A stretch of 64,000 bases of DNA from Octopus sinensis (GCF_006345805.1 NC_043002.1:27094001-27158000), one strand, 5' to 3'. Shown: positions 1 to 12,610, counted from the first letter of the stretch. Numbers and translations are program-made. Notes: generated by a model not told the origin, from the sequence alone.

Positions 1-484
1 AAACCTTCTTCCACGAAAAGATAGCTTAAACTGTGCTCTAAATGGAAGTGTAGTCAAATCCTATTTTCTGAACTCAAACATGTTCTAAAATAAGTCGAAA
101 GGTAAGCTATTATAAATCGGCACGAACTTTCCGGACAACCCAATAATTGTTTGGGTATAGAGACGTGTGTGTACTTGAGTGAATGGATGCTACATGCGAG
201 TGTGCATACGTGTGAGTGTACATAGGTGTATATGTATATACATATATATATATATCTTTATGAGTATGCATATGCATGTATATGTATGTTGAATTTTTTC
301 TAGTGTGTGAATGCATTATCAATTTGTAGTAAAAGCTTACATCTGTAAAAACAAATTGCAAGTATTTCAATTAAAAACTTTAACTATAAACTGTACTCAT
401 TCATTTAATTAGTGATATCTACTTTTACTTATTTAATTGACCTTTAGGCTGACTGATTTATCGATTGTTTATCAAATTAGCTGT

Positions 485-3039
485 AAACTTAGTTAGTTAG
501 TTAATTTGGCTCAAAAGCAAATAGCAAGGCCATGTAGGGGGACATGGAGTTAAGTACAGGGTGGCGTTCATGTAAAGAGTTCAGGCCACTTGAGGTCCAG
601 GGAGGCTTTGAACAAAGCGGTCGTCGGCATCTTCACCATCTCGTCTGGCAGCTTGTTCCACGGATCCGCAACCCGGACGGAGAAAGCTCCTCTCCTTCGA
701 TTGAGATGAAATCGTCGCAGGTAGAGCTTTTCGGAATGACCCCGCAGCCGACGCTCCGGAGCAGGAGTGAAGAACAGCTCTTTCGAGAGGTTACACTTCC
801 CGCTTATGAGGTTGTGGGCGAGAATGAAATCACCACGGCGGCGGCGTTTTTCAAGAGAATAAAGGTCGAGCGTCCTCAGCCTTTCTTCGTAGGACAAATT
901 TTTGAGACCATGAACCATGCGGGTAGCCAGCCTCTGGACTCTTTCGAGGTGCTGTATGTCTTTGAGGAGATAAGGAGAAGAGGCTTGAATCCCATAGTCC
1001 AATATGGGTCTCACCAGCGTGACATAGAGTGGCAGGAATATGGCTGCTGTGAGCATTCCGAATGACCGTCGAATCAAAAACAGAATTCCGCGCGCTTTGT
1101 TGGCAGCATGGACGCACTGGGCCGAAGGCGAAAAGGAGGAATCCAGCAAGATACCCAGGTCCTTTACCTGATCGGTCCTCTCCAGCAGCAGACGACCCGG
1201 CTCGAAATCAAGTTGAGTTGCAGGAGTAGAGCCGACAGGCAGATGACAGCACTTTGACACGTTCAGACACAGGTCCCAATCGTTAGACCACTTCCAAATT
1301 TGGTGGAGGCATCGACGAAGATCCTCTATACTACCGCGAGGAGCGACCAGTTTGATATCGTCGGCAAATAGAAGGGTGTGTTGCGTGAGGTCATCGGGCA
1401 AGTCATTTATGAAGACTAAGAACAACAAGGGCCCAAGCACTGAACCTTGAGGCACGCCACTGCTCGCACTGGAGACGTCGGACCGCGAACCATTAACTTG
1501 AACTTGGAAGGAGCGATCTGAGAGGAAGGCACCAACCCATCGTACAATATCCGGATGGAAACTATATGCTTGAAGCTTGACAAGTAGTAGGCGGTGGTTT
1601 ACCGTGTCAAAAGCTTTGGCAAAGTCCAATAAAACGATGTCAATAGCATCACTATCATCGAGGATGCGCGTCACCAATTCTTCCATTACTAGTAAGTTGG
1701 TCAAGCATGATCTCTTCGGCACGAAGCCGTGTTGGGAATCAGTGATCGAGGCTGTGTTTAGGAGGTGGAGCATCATACTTTTCTTAAGGATGGTTTCGAA
1801 CACCTTGCTGATTATTGATGTAAGGGAAACCGGTCGGTAGTTAAGCGGGTCTTCGCGCCTCCCTTTCTTGAAAATTGGGCAGATTATCGCTGTTCTCCAG
1901 TCTGCAGGTATAACACCCGTCGCCAATGACATATTGAATAGTCGTGTTAAGGGCTCGCAGATGACCGGAGCCAACGCTTTGATAACCCGTGGGTGTATGC
2001 CGTCAGGGCTGCGACCCTTGTTGACATCGAGGCCTTGAATAACACGTTTGACTTGGTCCCGCGTGATGATCAATCGAAGCATTGGAGGTACCGATCTATC
2101 AAATGGAGGGGGTTCACGACCATCATCTTGTTTGAAAATAGTTGAAAAAGCCTCGGCAAATAATTGACTCTGTTGATAAGGGTCCTCAATCGATACGCCT
2201 GTTGAGTCTACCAACGTTGCAATCTGGTTGTTCAAGCGGGAATTCCGCTGGACATGGGCAAAGAAGGTTTTTGGATTGCTACTGGCATTTGCCGCGATTT
2301 TGTATTCATAACTGAAGCGTTCTTTCTTTTCAATTTTCACGGCTCGGTCTCGTTGAGTTTTGTACACCTCAAAAGCTGCAGTCGAATCCAGATTTTTGAA
2401 TTCAGCCCAAGCAATATCTCTGAGTCGACGTTCTCGTTTAACCTTCTTCGTCACCCAGGGCTTGTGTTTCTTCCTCTTGGGAAGTCCAACGGGAACTGCC
2501 TGGTCAGTCAAACAGATTACATATGTTTTGAGGGATGACCATAGTTCGTCAACTGAGGACAACGTCATCAGGGAACGCCAGTCCAGAAGCGCGGAAGCCT
2601 CGGTTAGAATTTCAAGATTAATTGCAGAGAAGACTCTACGTGGCAGCGAAGTAATCGTGGGCGTGGAAAAAGTTGTGTGCATGACGAACTTCAGGACCGC
2701 ATGATCACTCTTGGCAAGAGGGGCGCACACAGATACGTCTGACACTGATCTTGGATAGCGGGAGAATACCAGATCTAGCATAGATGGCTGCTGCCCAGAC
2801 CGATGCCTTGTCGGATATTCAACATGTTGCGATAGAAAACAATCTTCAGCCACGTCAAGAAGTGCCTGGCCGAACCGGGAAGATGTTGTACAAATTGATG
2901 CGGGCCAATCGATCGTGGGAGCGTTGAAGTCGCCTAGTACCAAGCAGTCATGCGAAGCTGAAACGAATCTTATCGCTTCGAGTAGATGAGCATCGTCCTG
3001 GGGGTCGGCTAGAGGCGGCCTGTAGACAGCCAAACTTAG
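485..3039 (-). mobile_element. Young CR1-like LINE insertion with (CTAA)n tail and candidate 8-bp target-site duplication AAACTTAG
   Basis: The plus strand shows TTAGTTAGTTAGTT at about 489-502, the tandem tail of the minus-strand element. AAACTTAG occurs at 485-492 and 3032-3039, exactly bracketing the element. Confidence 0.7.
568..3033 (-). CDS. CR1/Jockey-like non-LTR retrotransposon ORF2, 5'-truncated (C-terminal half of AP endonuclease plus complete reverse transcriptase)
   Basis: 821 codons without a stop. APE motifs LVLGDFNAP, LDLVFS and SDH. RT motifs GIHP, NYRPVSLTS, QHGF, LLDFAKAFDTVNH, GVPQGSVLGPLLFLVFIND, FADD and VKDLG. The start is a TTG at the truncation point, not a real initiator. 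Confidence 0.93.
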   Translation of the reverse strand: MAVYRPPLADPQDDAHLLEAIRFVSASHDCLVLGDFNAPTIDWPASICTTSSRFGQALLDVAEDCFLSQHVEYPTRHRSGQQPSMLDLVFSRYPRSVSDVSVCAPLAKSDHAVLKFVMHTTFSTPTITSLPRRVFSAINLEILTEASALLDWRSLMTLSSVDELWSSLKTYVICLTDQAVPVGLPKRKKHKPWVTKKVKRERRLRDIAWAEFKNLDSTAAFEVYKTQRDRAVKIEKKERFSYEYKIAANASSNPKTFFAHVQRNSRLNNQIATLVDSTGVSIEDPYQQSQLFAEAFSTIFKQDDGREPPPFDRSVPPMLRLIITRDQVKRVIQGLDVNKGRSPDGIHPRVIKALAPVICEPLTRLFNMSLATGVIPADWRTAIICPIFKKGRREDPLNYRPVSLTSIISKVFETILKKSMMLHLLNTASITDSQHGFVPKRSCLTNLLVMEELVTRILDDSDAIDIVLLDFAKAFDTVNHRLLLVKLQAYSFHPDIVRWVGAFLSDRSFQVQVNGSRSDVSSASSGVPQGSVLGPLLFLVFINDLPDDLTQHTLLFADDIKLVAPRGSIEDLRRCLHQIWKWSNDWDLCLNVSKCCHLPVGSTPATQLDFEPGRLLLERTDQVKDLGILLDSSFSPSAQCVHAANKARGILFLIRRSFGMLTAAIFLPLYVTLVRPILDYGIQASSPYLLKDIQHLERVQRLATRMVHGLKNLSYEERLRTLDLYSLEKRRRRGDFILAHNLISGKCNLSKELFFTPAPERRLRGHSEKLYLRRFHLNRRRGAFSVRVADPWNKLPDEMVKMPTTALFKASLDLKWPELFT

Positions 3040-4429
3040 CTGTTTGTTGGGTAGTCAGCTCACTAATTATTGTGCACTGGATGGCAGACCAGCAGTCTCT
3101 AATTTAGGCCACTTACCCAAGTTATTACACCCCTTTAACCATAAATATTTCCCCAATTTTCCTACGGAATAAATCTGTTTCTTTGTTTTTACTAATTTCA
3201 CATTCCTATTAAAAACTTTTGGCCCATTTTCAACCCCAATCACATTACTTCCTAAATGTCCTATAATATTATCATATTTTTTAAAAATCTAGTATTTACT
3301 CTCTTAAACGTTTTGGGACTCCTTACAGCACACACCGTTTTCCCATTCATTTATTTATTTATCTCACCCCGTATAACAGTCTCAATAGCTAGCCTTTTGT
3401 TTTCAAATTTCAACTCACCAAATACATCGAACGTTGGACCTTGGTCTATCTCCCTTCGGGTAACTGGTGGAAAGGCTTTTATCACCTACTAGTAAATAAA
3501 TAAAAATTACACTTAACCGATTGGCACTTTATTATGATTAATACTATTAATTAGTACTACAAACATCATGATTATAAATTATTATGATTAATTTAAAACC
3601 TAATTGTATCTTCAGCCCTCATCTGTATTCGAGCACCCCAGTGTTTTTGTTTTTTTTTACTTATCCATCTTATCCCTACAGTACAAAGGATAAATTCATC
3701 TATTCCTATTTTTAGTTTAGTCATTTACTTAACGTCCCAAAGAGATACGCAAGCAAATTGGTATGCTTACAACCATGTTCAACTGTTCCCTTTTTCTTCC
3801 TTATGTTCCCCTTCTTCATATATTCTTCACTCTGATGAAACTCCATGTTTCAGATCGGTTTTATTACTAAATATGATAAACATGTTACCATATCAACGAC
3901 ATTACCATATAAAATTGGAAGCATAAACAGCTGTTATATGGGATGCAGTCCATTTGTATTGAATTAATAAATAATAATTGATGTATGCCAATGGATGTTC
4001 ATCGATATTCCTCCATTTTCTATCTTCTTTAAATTTTGATTCTTGACAAACCCATGTTTATCCTTGTCTTTACCTATAATTTATGAGCATAATATGCTTG
4101 CATATGTATGCTCAGGGATAAGCATAGGTAATATACCGGTAGTGTAATGGATACTTTTATCCCTTAGACGGTTATTTTAATCTCTAACTCAGCTAGCCTT
4201 TTATACACATACACACACCCACACACACACACATATATAATACATATGCATATATGCAGCTCTAATTTCCAAATTTCGTCAATGCACCCTCATAAACGTG
4301 CATTTATTCATATATACATAGGGATATGTGTATTTATGGATCAATACAAATGCATATATGTATATATGTATATATTTATGCATATATCTAAATATGTATA
4401 CATGTATGTTTGCTTGTATATACATATAG

Positions 4430-4443
4430 ATATATATGTATAC

Positions 4444-4511
<68 letters not shown>

Positions 4512-4625
4512 GTATATGTGTATATATATGTATATATATATATAATATATATATATATATATACATACATGCATACATATATGTGTATATATATATATAT
4601 ATGCGTGCGTGTGTGTGTGTGTGTG
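4430..4625. repeat. (TA)n/(TG)n microsatellite block
   Basis: Direct reading. It produces the spurious YI/IY ORFs at 4246-4661. Confidence 0.95.
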
Positions 4626-5249
4626 TTCATACGCCAGCTGAAATGTTGTAGCATAGCGTGATCACGAATGTATTCTAATTAGTTGAAGTAATGAGAAAAA
4701 TATTCATAGAAATATATAAAAATAAAAGAAATTGTTATGGATAAAAATGTAATAAAATAAACTAAAGAGGACAACATACTAAAACCAGTTATCTAAATCC
4801 AATCTTGTGATTGAAAGCCAGTTGGGAACGTCGCACTATTTTCTTATTTAAAGAAATGAATGTCCGCTCTGAACAACTCAGTTACTAAGATAATTATCGA
4901 CAAATATTGTTGCAAATGTAAACTGTATTGTGTGAGTGTGGGTGTGTGTGTGCGTGTGTGTGTGCGTGCGTGGTTTGTGTGTGCGTGTGTATGCATATGT
5001 ATATCTGCATCAATGTGTATACTCACACACACGCGCGCGCATATTTTTACTTTAAGTTTTATTTAAATTTTTAAGAGATTTCCAGCCGCCGGTCGCTAGC
5101 AGAACAAGATGAGCGATCCTGATGTTCGTAAATATGTGGTTAAGTCGGTCTGTTGGTTGAACAGTCGATGCACATTTCTAAGTGTGTCCGTCTTTCCATC
5201 TAAAATGTCTCAGAAGTACCTCTGAAATGTCTTACAAATTTTCACAGAT

Positions 5250-7300
5250 TTTAAGACATTTTATTTGCTGCTAAATAGACTGAATTTGGAAAATGTGTAT
5301 TAATTTCCTTTTCTCATTCTTCGAAAAACCTAGCATTTCTGAGTTTTTCTGTAATCTTGTAGGTACATACCCTAATAATCTCTGATTATAGGGACAAATG
5401 AAAATGTCTATCCAGCGAACAAGAGCGGTAAGTTTTGCATTAATTCACCATAACTGTTCTCTTTTCCTGAACTTGTAATGAGACATTGACACCTGCTGTG
5501 TAGCTGACCTCTAATACAGTGCATGACTTTTGTTCGCTCTCCCATCGATCAGTATCAGATACGGTATGTTTGCACAGATTTACTGTTTTCATTGGAGTGT
5601 TCAGCCAGTATTCCTTGTTCTTATATCTGTGGATGTATTCCAGTTCTTACATAACTTTGATGTATACGCCAGGGCAATGATTCCTGCAGACAGCATTGTA
5701 AATATTTTTTGCAACTATATCATACCTATGGGTTAGGTGGTATCTCGCAGACATTTTCGGGTGGATGATGTGGCTGATATCATCCATACTGATATAACAT
5801 ATAACATTTTCTATCAGAACGTGGAAGTTTGGTTGTACAGTTGTCTCTCTTGTTTATCAGGTATTTAGTTGCTATCACTTGTTCCTGGATAGCGAAGGCA
5901 TATCTTTCTAGGTGAAATGTAATGTATCTATCACAGGTGCTAGAGAGGTTGCTCCTCCTGTCCATACTGCTGTTATCCCCTAGCTTATGGGATAGATATC
6001 GACGCATTGCTTTTTTGCTGTATGAAGCGTGCTTCTATTCTAAGCTTCTAATTATGCTCTCCAGTCCAGCATCATATGGTTCGCATGAGACATTTATATT
6101 CTCAGAGAACCTGCTTATTAGTTCTACTTTGAAGACATTGTTACTCTCACTTTTTAGTATGCATGTAATGTACTCATTCTTTTTAGCAGGTGTTGTCTGA
6201 GTGATACAATGCGACAGTCAAAGGCTGGTTTTACTGACCTTATGCCTCTGCCACCATCTCTTCGTCTCGCTGTTCATATGGATGTTGCCAGTGATGGTCA
6301 ATATTTCTAGTTTTGATGTCAGTCTGCGGTCTCGTCAAGTGTGTAGTCCAATGTCTCAAACGTTGGTACTAACAGTAGCTCTGCAAAAGCACTGTGAGAT
6401 ATTGTCTTGTTAAATACAGATAGCTCTGAGTTCCATATTTCACGGAGTCTTCAGATGTTCCTTTTTGTTATTCTGGCTTTAGGTGTAGAACCAATGTGTG
6501 CAACATTTTCAGCCATTCTGTCATACTTATACCTTTCATCATTAGAGATAGCGGAGATTGATGCGCATGTTTTCAGGTCGACAATCCTTCCTAATTTGAT
6601 TATCATGTGCGAACATTTCTTATCCACAAACTCCATTCTTATGTCCCCTGAGAATGTTGTGACTAGTTTTAATTGTCTCTTGATGTTGTTTATGTTACCT
6701 GAATATAAATTTAGGTCATCAACAAAAAATGCAAGTGTGATATTAATTTTACTCTTTTCTGCATATCCCAGCATTCAGACTTGGCATTTTGTTAACACGA
6801 CTGACATGGTGTTTATTGCCAGTGCCAACAAACTTACAGATAAACTATAACCCTGGAACATGAAAGATATTCATATAATAATTCTCTTTGTAACAATAAG
6901 TCTTGCTTGAGTAGTTGTCACTGATAACGACAATTTTGAAGGTCATGTAAAGGGATGCATTTCAGTGGCATTCACTATAGCAGATGGTGTGGTAATTCAA
7001 AAATCCATAAGTGAGGGATTGAGTCAAATGCTTTCTTGAAATCTTGTCATATGTTTAAGAGATAACGTTAATGTTACTTAGCTTCATTGAAGACAACTTT
7101 GTTGATGAGGAGCTGTTAAGCACAGTCCACCCTCTTTTTGTTTCTTCCCCCTAATTCATCAGTTATTGAACAATCTGTTTGGCAGTCGTCTTAGAGAAAC
7201 ACGTTCAAGGAACCGGTGTATAGTTTAACCATGCAGCGGGATTGTAATTTTTGGCCTCATGGGTCACATTTTGGCGGGGAACAAGAGTAGTCCGGTCAAG
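5250..7300 (-). mobile_element. Decayed R4/Dong-like (RLE-type) non-LTR retrotransposon
   Basis: ORF 6451-6774 contains FFVDDLNLY...DIRMEFVDKKCS, matching the DDLKLY...GMEFGLDKCA RT motifs typical of this clade. Many stops and frameshifts; boundaries approximate. Confidence 0.65.
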
Positions 7301-8933
7301 TATCACCCAATCTGGTATATGTAGCTCAGCATATATTGTTCTTTTCAAACCGGGTCATGAGTATTTCCTTGTAGAATGTGAGCTTTTTGTACAAATTGCC
7401 TAGTTTCTCCCAAGTGATTTTTCTATTCGACAGTTTCAGAATAACCGTCAATAGTGTTTCACTTGTGATTTTATATATTTTGGAAGCGGCATTTACACAA
7501 TACTCTCGCTGGCGTTTGTTTGACCATGCTGCACATATCACTCCCCCCCCCCAGAATGAGTCTAGGTCACCCTTGGGAGGAGCATTTCTGTATAGTGTCG
7601 TTTCTCAAACCGCTATATACAGCTGGTGGGTTTCGGGCAAACTTGCAGTGTATAATTTTATGTTTATGCAAATTGTTTATACAGTAACGAAGTTTTTCAG
7701 TTAGCGCTCGTAGATCCAGTTACCGGGCTATAAGCTTGCTAAAGTTTCTCGGGAGCAATTCCCAAATAATTTCGAGAATCTATCATGCAGCCGTAGCTGG
7801 ATATCATGAATTCATTTTTAGCTTTGCATTTGATGACAGAATCTGATGATGTTATTTTGCGGAAGATAATCTATTTGACATTGTTGGTCACTTTTACTCC
7901 TATTTGTTGGCGTAAATTTACTGCGATTCAATGTAGTAGGGCATTCATTGTAAAAAAGCAAGGGATTTGAATTTGAGCCGGCTGCTCACTTGTACTTCCG
8001 TCGAGCGCGAATAAAGTCAGGTTGGTGAGTCTTTTTTTCCCAGTTTGTATTGGGATCACACTCTCATGTAGTGCCTTCTGTATGTAAACAGTGAATCTTA
8101 GTATCTTGTAATTTTAGTATCTTCTATTTCTCATTTGTATTTGTGAGATTATAAGCGGTTGCAAAATGTCCGTGTAATGACTGCGATGTGCTATTGTTGT
8201 GTTCGCCTTTGTCGTGTTTCTTGTTGTTCACAGTCTCTTCATGGAAAAGTATTTTTATTTATACATTTTTGCTGTGAGATTTGAATGGGTAGCATATTTC
8301 TTTTCAGTAAATGTAGTTTGCTGATATAATTGTTTCTCTTAATATTACAAGAATATTGGGTATTACTTAAAACAATTAACTTTAAGTCTCTTCACGTAAC
8401 CTATCGAAGGATCTGCCCCAATATTTCTATAGAACTGACATAAGCCTCATTCAGTTCGAAGTCCACTGGAATTTCTCTCAATAGTTCCACGAACTGCAGT
8501 AACTGAGTTCATTTGTCGCTATGATATATGTATTGCTATATTCTATATGGTAGTATCAACTTAATTTCACTGTTTGATTTCTGCTACGATCTTTTCAAAA
8601 AAGGGTTGTCTTTGCATTTACTCAAAGATAATCATTTCTTTAACCCGTCTTCTATTAAAAGCAAAAATTATAGGACATCATATTATCTGGGAGAATTATT
8701 AGTCTTGTATGCCAACATATTTATATTCGACGCCATATTTTATATATGTATATATGTATGCATGCATCTAGATATGTTTGTACACAGTAAGCATATACAA
8801 ACGTGTTTATATTTTATAAAGCATCTAGAAATATGTAACCATACACCATCAATATTGCACGTTTTATCTAAATGGGAGTTTAAAATATGCTACTTTCAAA
8901 TTTTGGCACTAGGACAACAATTTTGCGGGAAAC

Positions 8934-9100
8934 GGGTAAGTCGATTACACTAACCCCAGTGATTAACCGGTACTTATTTTATCAACCCTGAAAGCATGAA
9001 AGGCAAAGTTGACTTCGACGGAATTTGAACGCGGAATGTACAGACAGACAGAATACTGCTAAGAACTTTGCCCGGTGGGCTAACGTTTCTGTCACCTTGC
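8934..9100 (-). mobile_element. SINE-like repeat, same family as 51893-52070
   Basis: TACTTATTTTATCAACCCTGAAAGCATGAAAGGCAAAGTTGACTTCGACGGAATTTGAAC is the reverse complement of the core at about 51967-52030, which has a B-box-like GTTCGAATTC. Confidence 0.65.
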
Positions 9101-9601
9101 CTCCATTAACAGTTTAAAATATATCAAGTTATTTTCATCTTATTGCTAATCAAATGTGATTTTTTTTTCTGATGCAGACTGAGTTACCTAAATCTAAAGA
9201 TAGTAGAAAGTCGTCTAGAGCAAATCTATTGATTCAATGTCTGTTGAAAATAAAATTTATCTTTGTGCTCTAAGTTTTTCCCTATGGAAAACAGAGATTA
9301 ATTTACGGATTAATAATTATGTTTCGAGGCAATAAATATGTACATCAGTGTTAAATTGCTAAAATCATATGTAGTTAACTTACAAAAGAAAAAAATAATA
9401 AATAGTTATTTACTCGAATATTATGTGAATATATATTATTAACTACATAGGAAATAATTGTTAAAGTTAATATATCTAGTTTTATTCAATTTGATATTAA
9501 CATCACGTTGAGTGGGTTTATTCTAGATTGAATAGCAGAATTGGTAAATATGTATTTGAAGAACGAACAATAGATCAAAAGAAGTTAATTAGAACTAAAC
9601 T

Positions 9602-9639
<38 letters not shown>

Positions 9640-9758
9640 AATCAAGGAATGGCCATAATAGGCCATTCACCCACTAGAAATAACAGCCAAAGCTTCAACC
9701 GCAAAATAACATTAATTCCGCAAACCAGGAGAAAATTAAAAAAACATTTACCCTGTAA

Positions 9759-9863
9759 TTTCTTATACGATGCACCGTTTCATCTATTGTTTAATGGTAA
9801 ACTAACCTGATTAAATTAAATCAAGCCAATCTTCCATAGGCCGATAGATTCGTCAGTAAGAAA
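9759..9863 (-). ncRNA. Type I hammerhead ribozyme, canonical core
   Basis: The minus strand reads TTTCTTA-CTGACGA-ATCTAT-(56 nt)-ATAGAT-GAA-ACGGTGCATCGT-A-TAAGAAA. Stem I is 7 perfect bp, stem II is 6 perfect bp, stem III is near-palindromic, and the cleavage triplet is GUA. Confidence 0.85.
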
Positions 9864-9992
9864 CAGCCAGATCCGAGCAGATATTATCACGAGGCACCTC
9901 TATCCCTGCCTCGGCAATATCTGACCTAAAATTTTCAAATCATCGCACTCGCGCCAAATTTATCGGCAGCAAATATAAGCCGCCGATTCCAT

Positions 9993-10030
<38 letters not shown>

Positions 10031-10045
10031 ATATATAATATATAT

Positions 10046-10079
<34 letters not shown>

Positions 10080-10102
10080 CATACATATATTTACACACAT
10101 AC

Positions 10103-10143
<41 letters not shown>

Positions 10144-10144
10144 G

Positions 10145-10446
10145 AGGCGCAATGGCCTAGTGGATAGGGCAGTGGACTCGCTGTCGCAGGGTCGCGGTTT
10201 CGATTCCCAGACCGGGCGTTGTTAGTGTTTATTGAGCGAAAACACCTAAAAGCTCCACGAGGCTCCTGTAGGGGTGGTGATTCCTGCTGTACTCTTTCAC
10301 CACTCTTTCTCCCACTCTTTCTTCTGTTGGCCTGCTCGATTAGCCAGCGGGGTGGCGTCATTTGAAGGCTAAAACAATGCGAACGCATTGTGACCAGCGA
10401 TGTGTAACAACATCTGATGGTCTGGTCGGTCCCGTGATCCCGTGAT
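10145..10446 (+). mobile_element. tRNA-derived SINE
   Basis: A-box-like TGGCCTAGTGG, B-box-like GGTTTCGATTCC, about 300 bp body and a short tandem tail (CCCGTGAT)x2, lying between microsatellites. Confidence 0.8.
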
Positions 10447-10455
10447 ATATATATA

Positions 10456-10520
10456 GGCGTAGGTGTAGCTGTGTGGTAAGTAGCTTTCTTACGAACCACA
10501 TAGTTCCGGGTTCAGTCCCA
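10456..10520 (+). mobile_element. 5' head fragment of the SINE family also at 19490-19908
   Basis: GGCGTAGGTGTAGCTGTGTGGTAAGTAGCT...GTTCCGGGTTCAGTCCCA matches the reverse complement of about 19843-19908. Confidence 0.75.
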
Positions 10521-10529
10521 GTTTTCTCG

Positions 10530-11520
10530 TCCTTCAATCCAGCGTTATTATTTCCGCCTTAGTCCATTCGAGGATGGACACCGCAACTGCCCAGATATTC
10601 ATTGCGGTAATCAAATTTTTGGCATTCAGGTTGGATTCCAACACCATTTTCACCATTTTATATATACGACTCGCTGACCTTGACTTTCATTTCTCCCTAA
10701 ATATCTATACCCACTATCGGCAGTCTCTTCTGATGGTATCTGCAATCCTCTACAGCCTGATTTCTCCTCTCTTTTCATATTAAGTACTGAGCATTCGGTA
10801 ATCCCAAATTCCATACCGATGTCCCTACCACTCTTATGTTCTATTATCGTTAAAGAATCTATCTTTATTTCAGATTTCCCAAATAATTTCAGGTCATCAA
10901 TAAACAGATGGTTCAATGATAGGCTTTTCTTCCCAAAATGGTAACCCATTTCGCCTTTCTTGAGTGTCATTGTTGTGGGCATTAGTGTAGTTACAAATAC
11001 TAACTGAGAAGACGAGTTACCTTGGAAGATACCCCTTTTAATATTCACTTCTCCAAGGAATATATTACTTAAGTACAATTTGGCCTTCCACTCTTTCATG
11101 CTATGCATCTGAAAATTTGTGATTTTGTTAGCCACACCAAACATTAGCAGGCATTCAACCATCCATGAAAGTGGCATCATATCATAGCCTTCCTAAAATT
11201 GGAAGCGTATGAAAGTGCTTCTGTCTCTATCTTCAGGTCAATCCTCCTCTTCCATAGTCATCGGTCTTCTGTATCTTTCTTGGCGTTCACATCTCATGCA
11301 AACTGACCGTACAGTTTCTTTTTCTCCCATACTTTCTCTTCGTGTTTTTTGTTCATTTCTCGTTTAAATTTTTCTTTGGTTACACAATTTTCATTTTTGG
11401 TGACGCCGGCCTTGTTAGTGTGTTTCAACAGTGGCTCCACGGTACTCTTTATTATATGCCAGCCTATGCTTTTTATCCTGCTTTGATACAGTCCTTGCAA
11501 CTGATCAAACATATCCCCCC
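10530..11520 (-). mobile_element. Decayed R4/Dong-like RT fragment
   Basis: ORF 10650-11180 contains KRGIFQGNS, NHLFIDDLKLFGK, DIGMEFGITECS and YRYLG. Confidence 0.75.
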
Positions 11521-11789
11521 CTTTCTTTTGGACAAGTACAACCTATAGGTGTCACTATTAGGGTGAAAGGCTCTCTGTAGTGTCAACATTATTCTGGTCT
11601 CAATTTCTGATTCGTATTTGAATGGTACAAAATCCATCGATCTAGGATTGGGCTCAACACTGGGGTCAATCGAAAGTAACAGGACGACAAAAAGTTTTCA
11701 CATCTGAGGGAGGTATTAGAGAAAGCCTTAAAACAAGTGGAAAGAAGTCCTAGAATAACCTCACAAATTCCCAACGTTACGCACTCTAG

Positions 11790-12610
11790 CTTATAACGAT
11801 TCTATTGTTATTAAAAAAGCGGATAAGGGAGGCGCTATTGTAATCGTAGACAAAATTAAGTATATTTCAGCTTGAGAAGAAGTTTTAAATGACAAAACGT
11901 CATAAAAAGAATTACCTGTCGATCTAAACCCCAATTACAGAGAGGAACTTGACAAAATAATTCTGGAAATGGAGGTAAACGATTTCATTAAAAAGCCGAA
12001 TCCAGGATTCTACAGACAGAAAGAACACCTGTACTTTATGGTCTCCCTATAATACACAAAAGATTCGAAAGATTTCCTTTAATTTGTACAGCCAAGATTC
12101 TGGAATGGCTAGATGGCTTTTTATGCCATGTCGCAAAAAGATCAAGTTCTTATATTCGGGATACTTTTGATTTTGTGTCTAAAATCGACAACCTTTTTAA
12201 GTACCGAGGCCGTGTCGCGAACTGTTTTTTTTTTGGTAACCATGCATGTTTCTGATATATATCCCAACATTGACCAAGACGGAAGGCTAGAAGTATGCAT
12301 AGATGCCTTCGAAAAGTATTCCATCAACTCATTCCTGTAGATTATTGTGATTTGTGTTACGAAGTAACGATGAAATTTGGACAAAGATTTTAACACCAGA
12401 GGAGGGGTTGCGCCATGGGTAATCCCATGGGAGTTAATTTTGCTAATGTCTTCATAACAAAATTCGAGACGCCGCTACTGAAAACATTTAAATCCTTTCA
12501 TGGTCACGAACCAATACTTTGGTTACAGTTCATTGATAACGTCTTTATGTCTGGGAAGGATCACAGGAAAGTTTAACTGATTTCTTACATTCTTGTGACT
12601 GCTATACTAA
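11790..12610 (+). mobile_element. Decayed Penelope-like element (PLE) reverse transcriptase
   Basis: Manual translation across frameshifts gives VIKKADKGGAIVIVDK (about 11808), PVLYGLPIIHK (about 12028), VTMHVSDIYPNID, QRRGCAMGNPMGVNFANVF (about 12397) and WLQFIDNVF. These follow the PLE RT motif order. Confidence 0.8.

Noticed and set aside
544-1065. 173-aa plus-strand ORF and other antisense ORFs over the first LINE
   Set aside because: They are antisense shadows of the RT frame with no recognisable domain.
3830-3940. CTGATGA followed about 95 nt later by AAACAGCTGT (palindromic stem III-like)
   Set aside because: G12 is missing (TAAA) and neither stem I nor stem II pairs convincingly. 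It could be a very old remnant but is not supportable.
10145-10220. tRNA gene
   Set aside because: A/B boxes are present but there is no complete cloverleaf, and the sequence continues into a 300-bp body with a tandem tail, so it is a SINE head.
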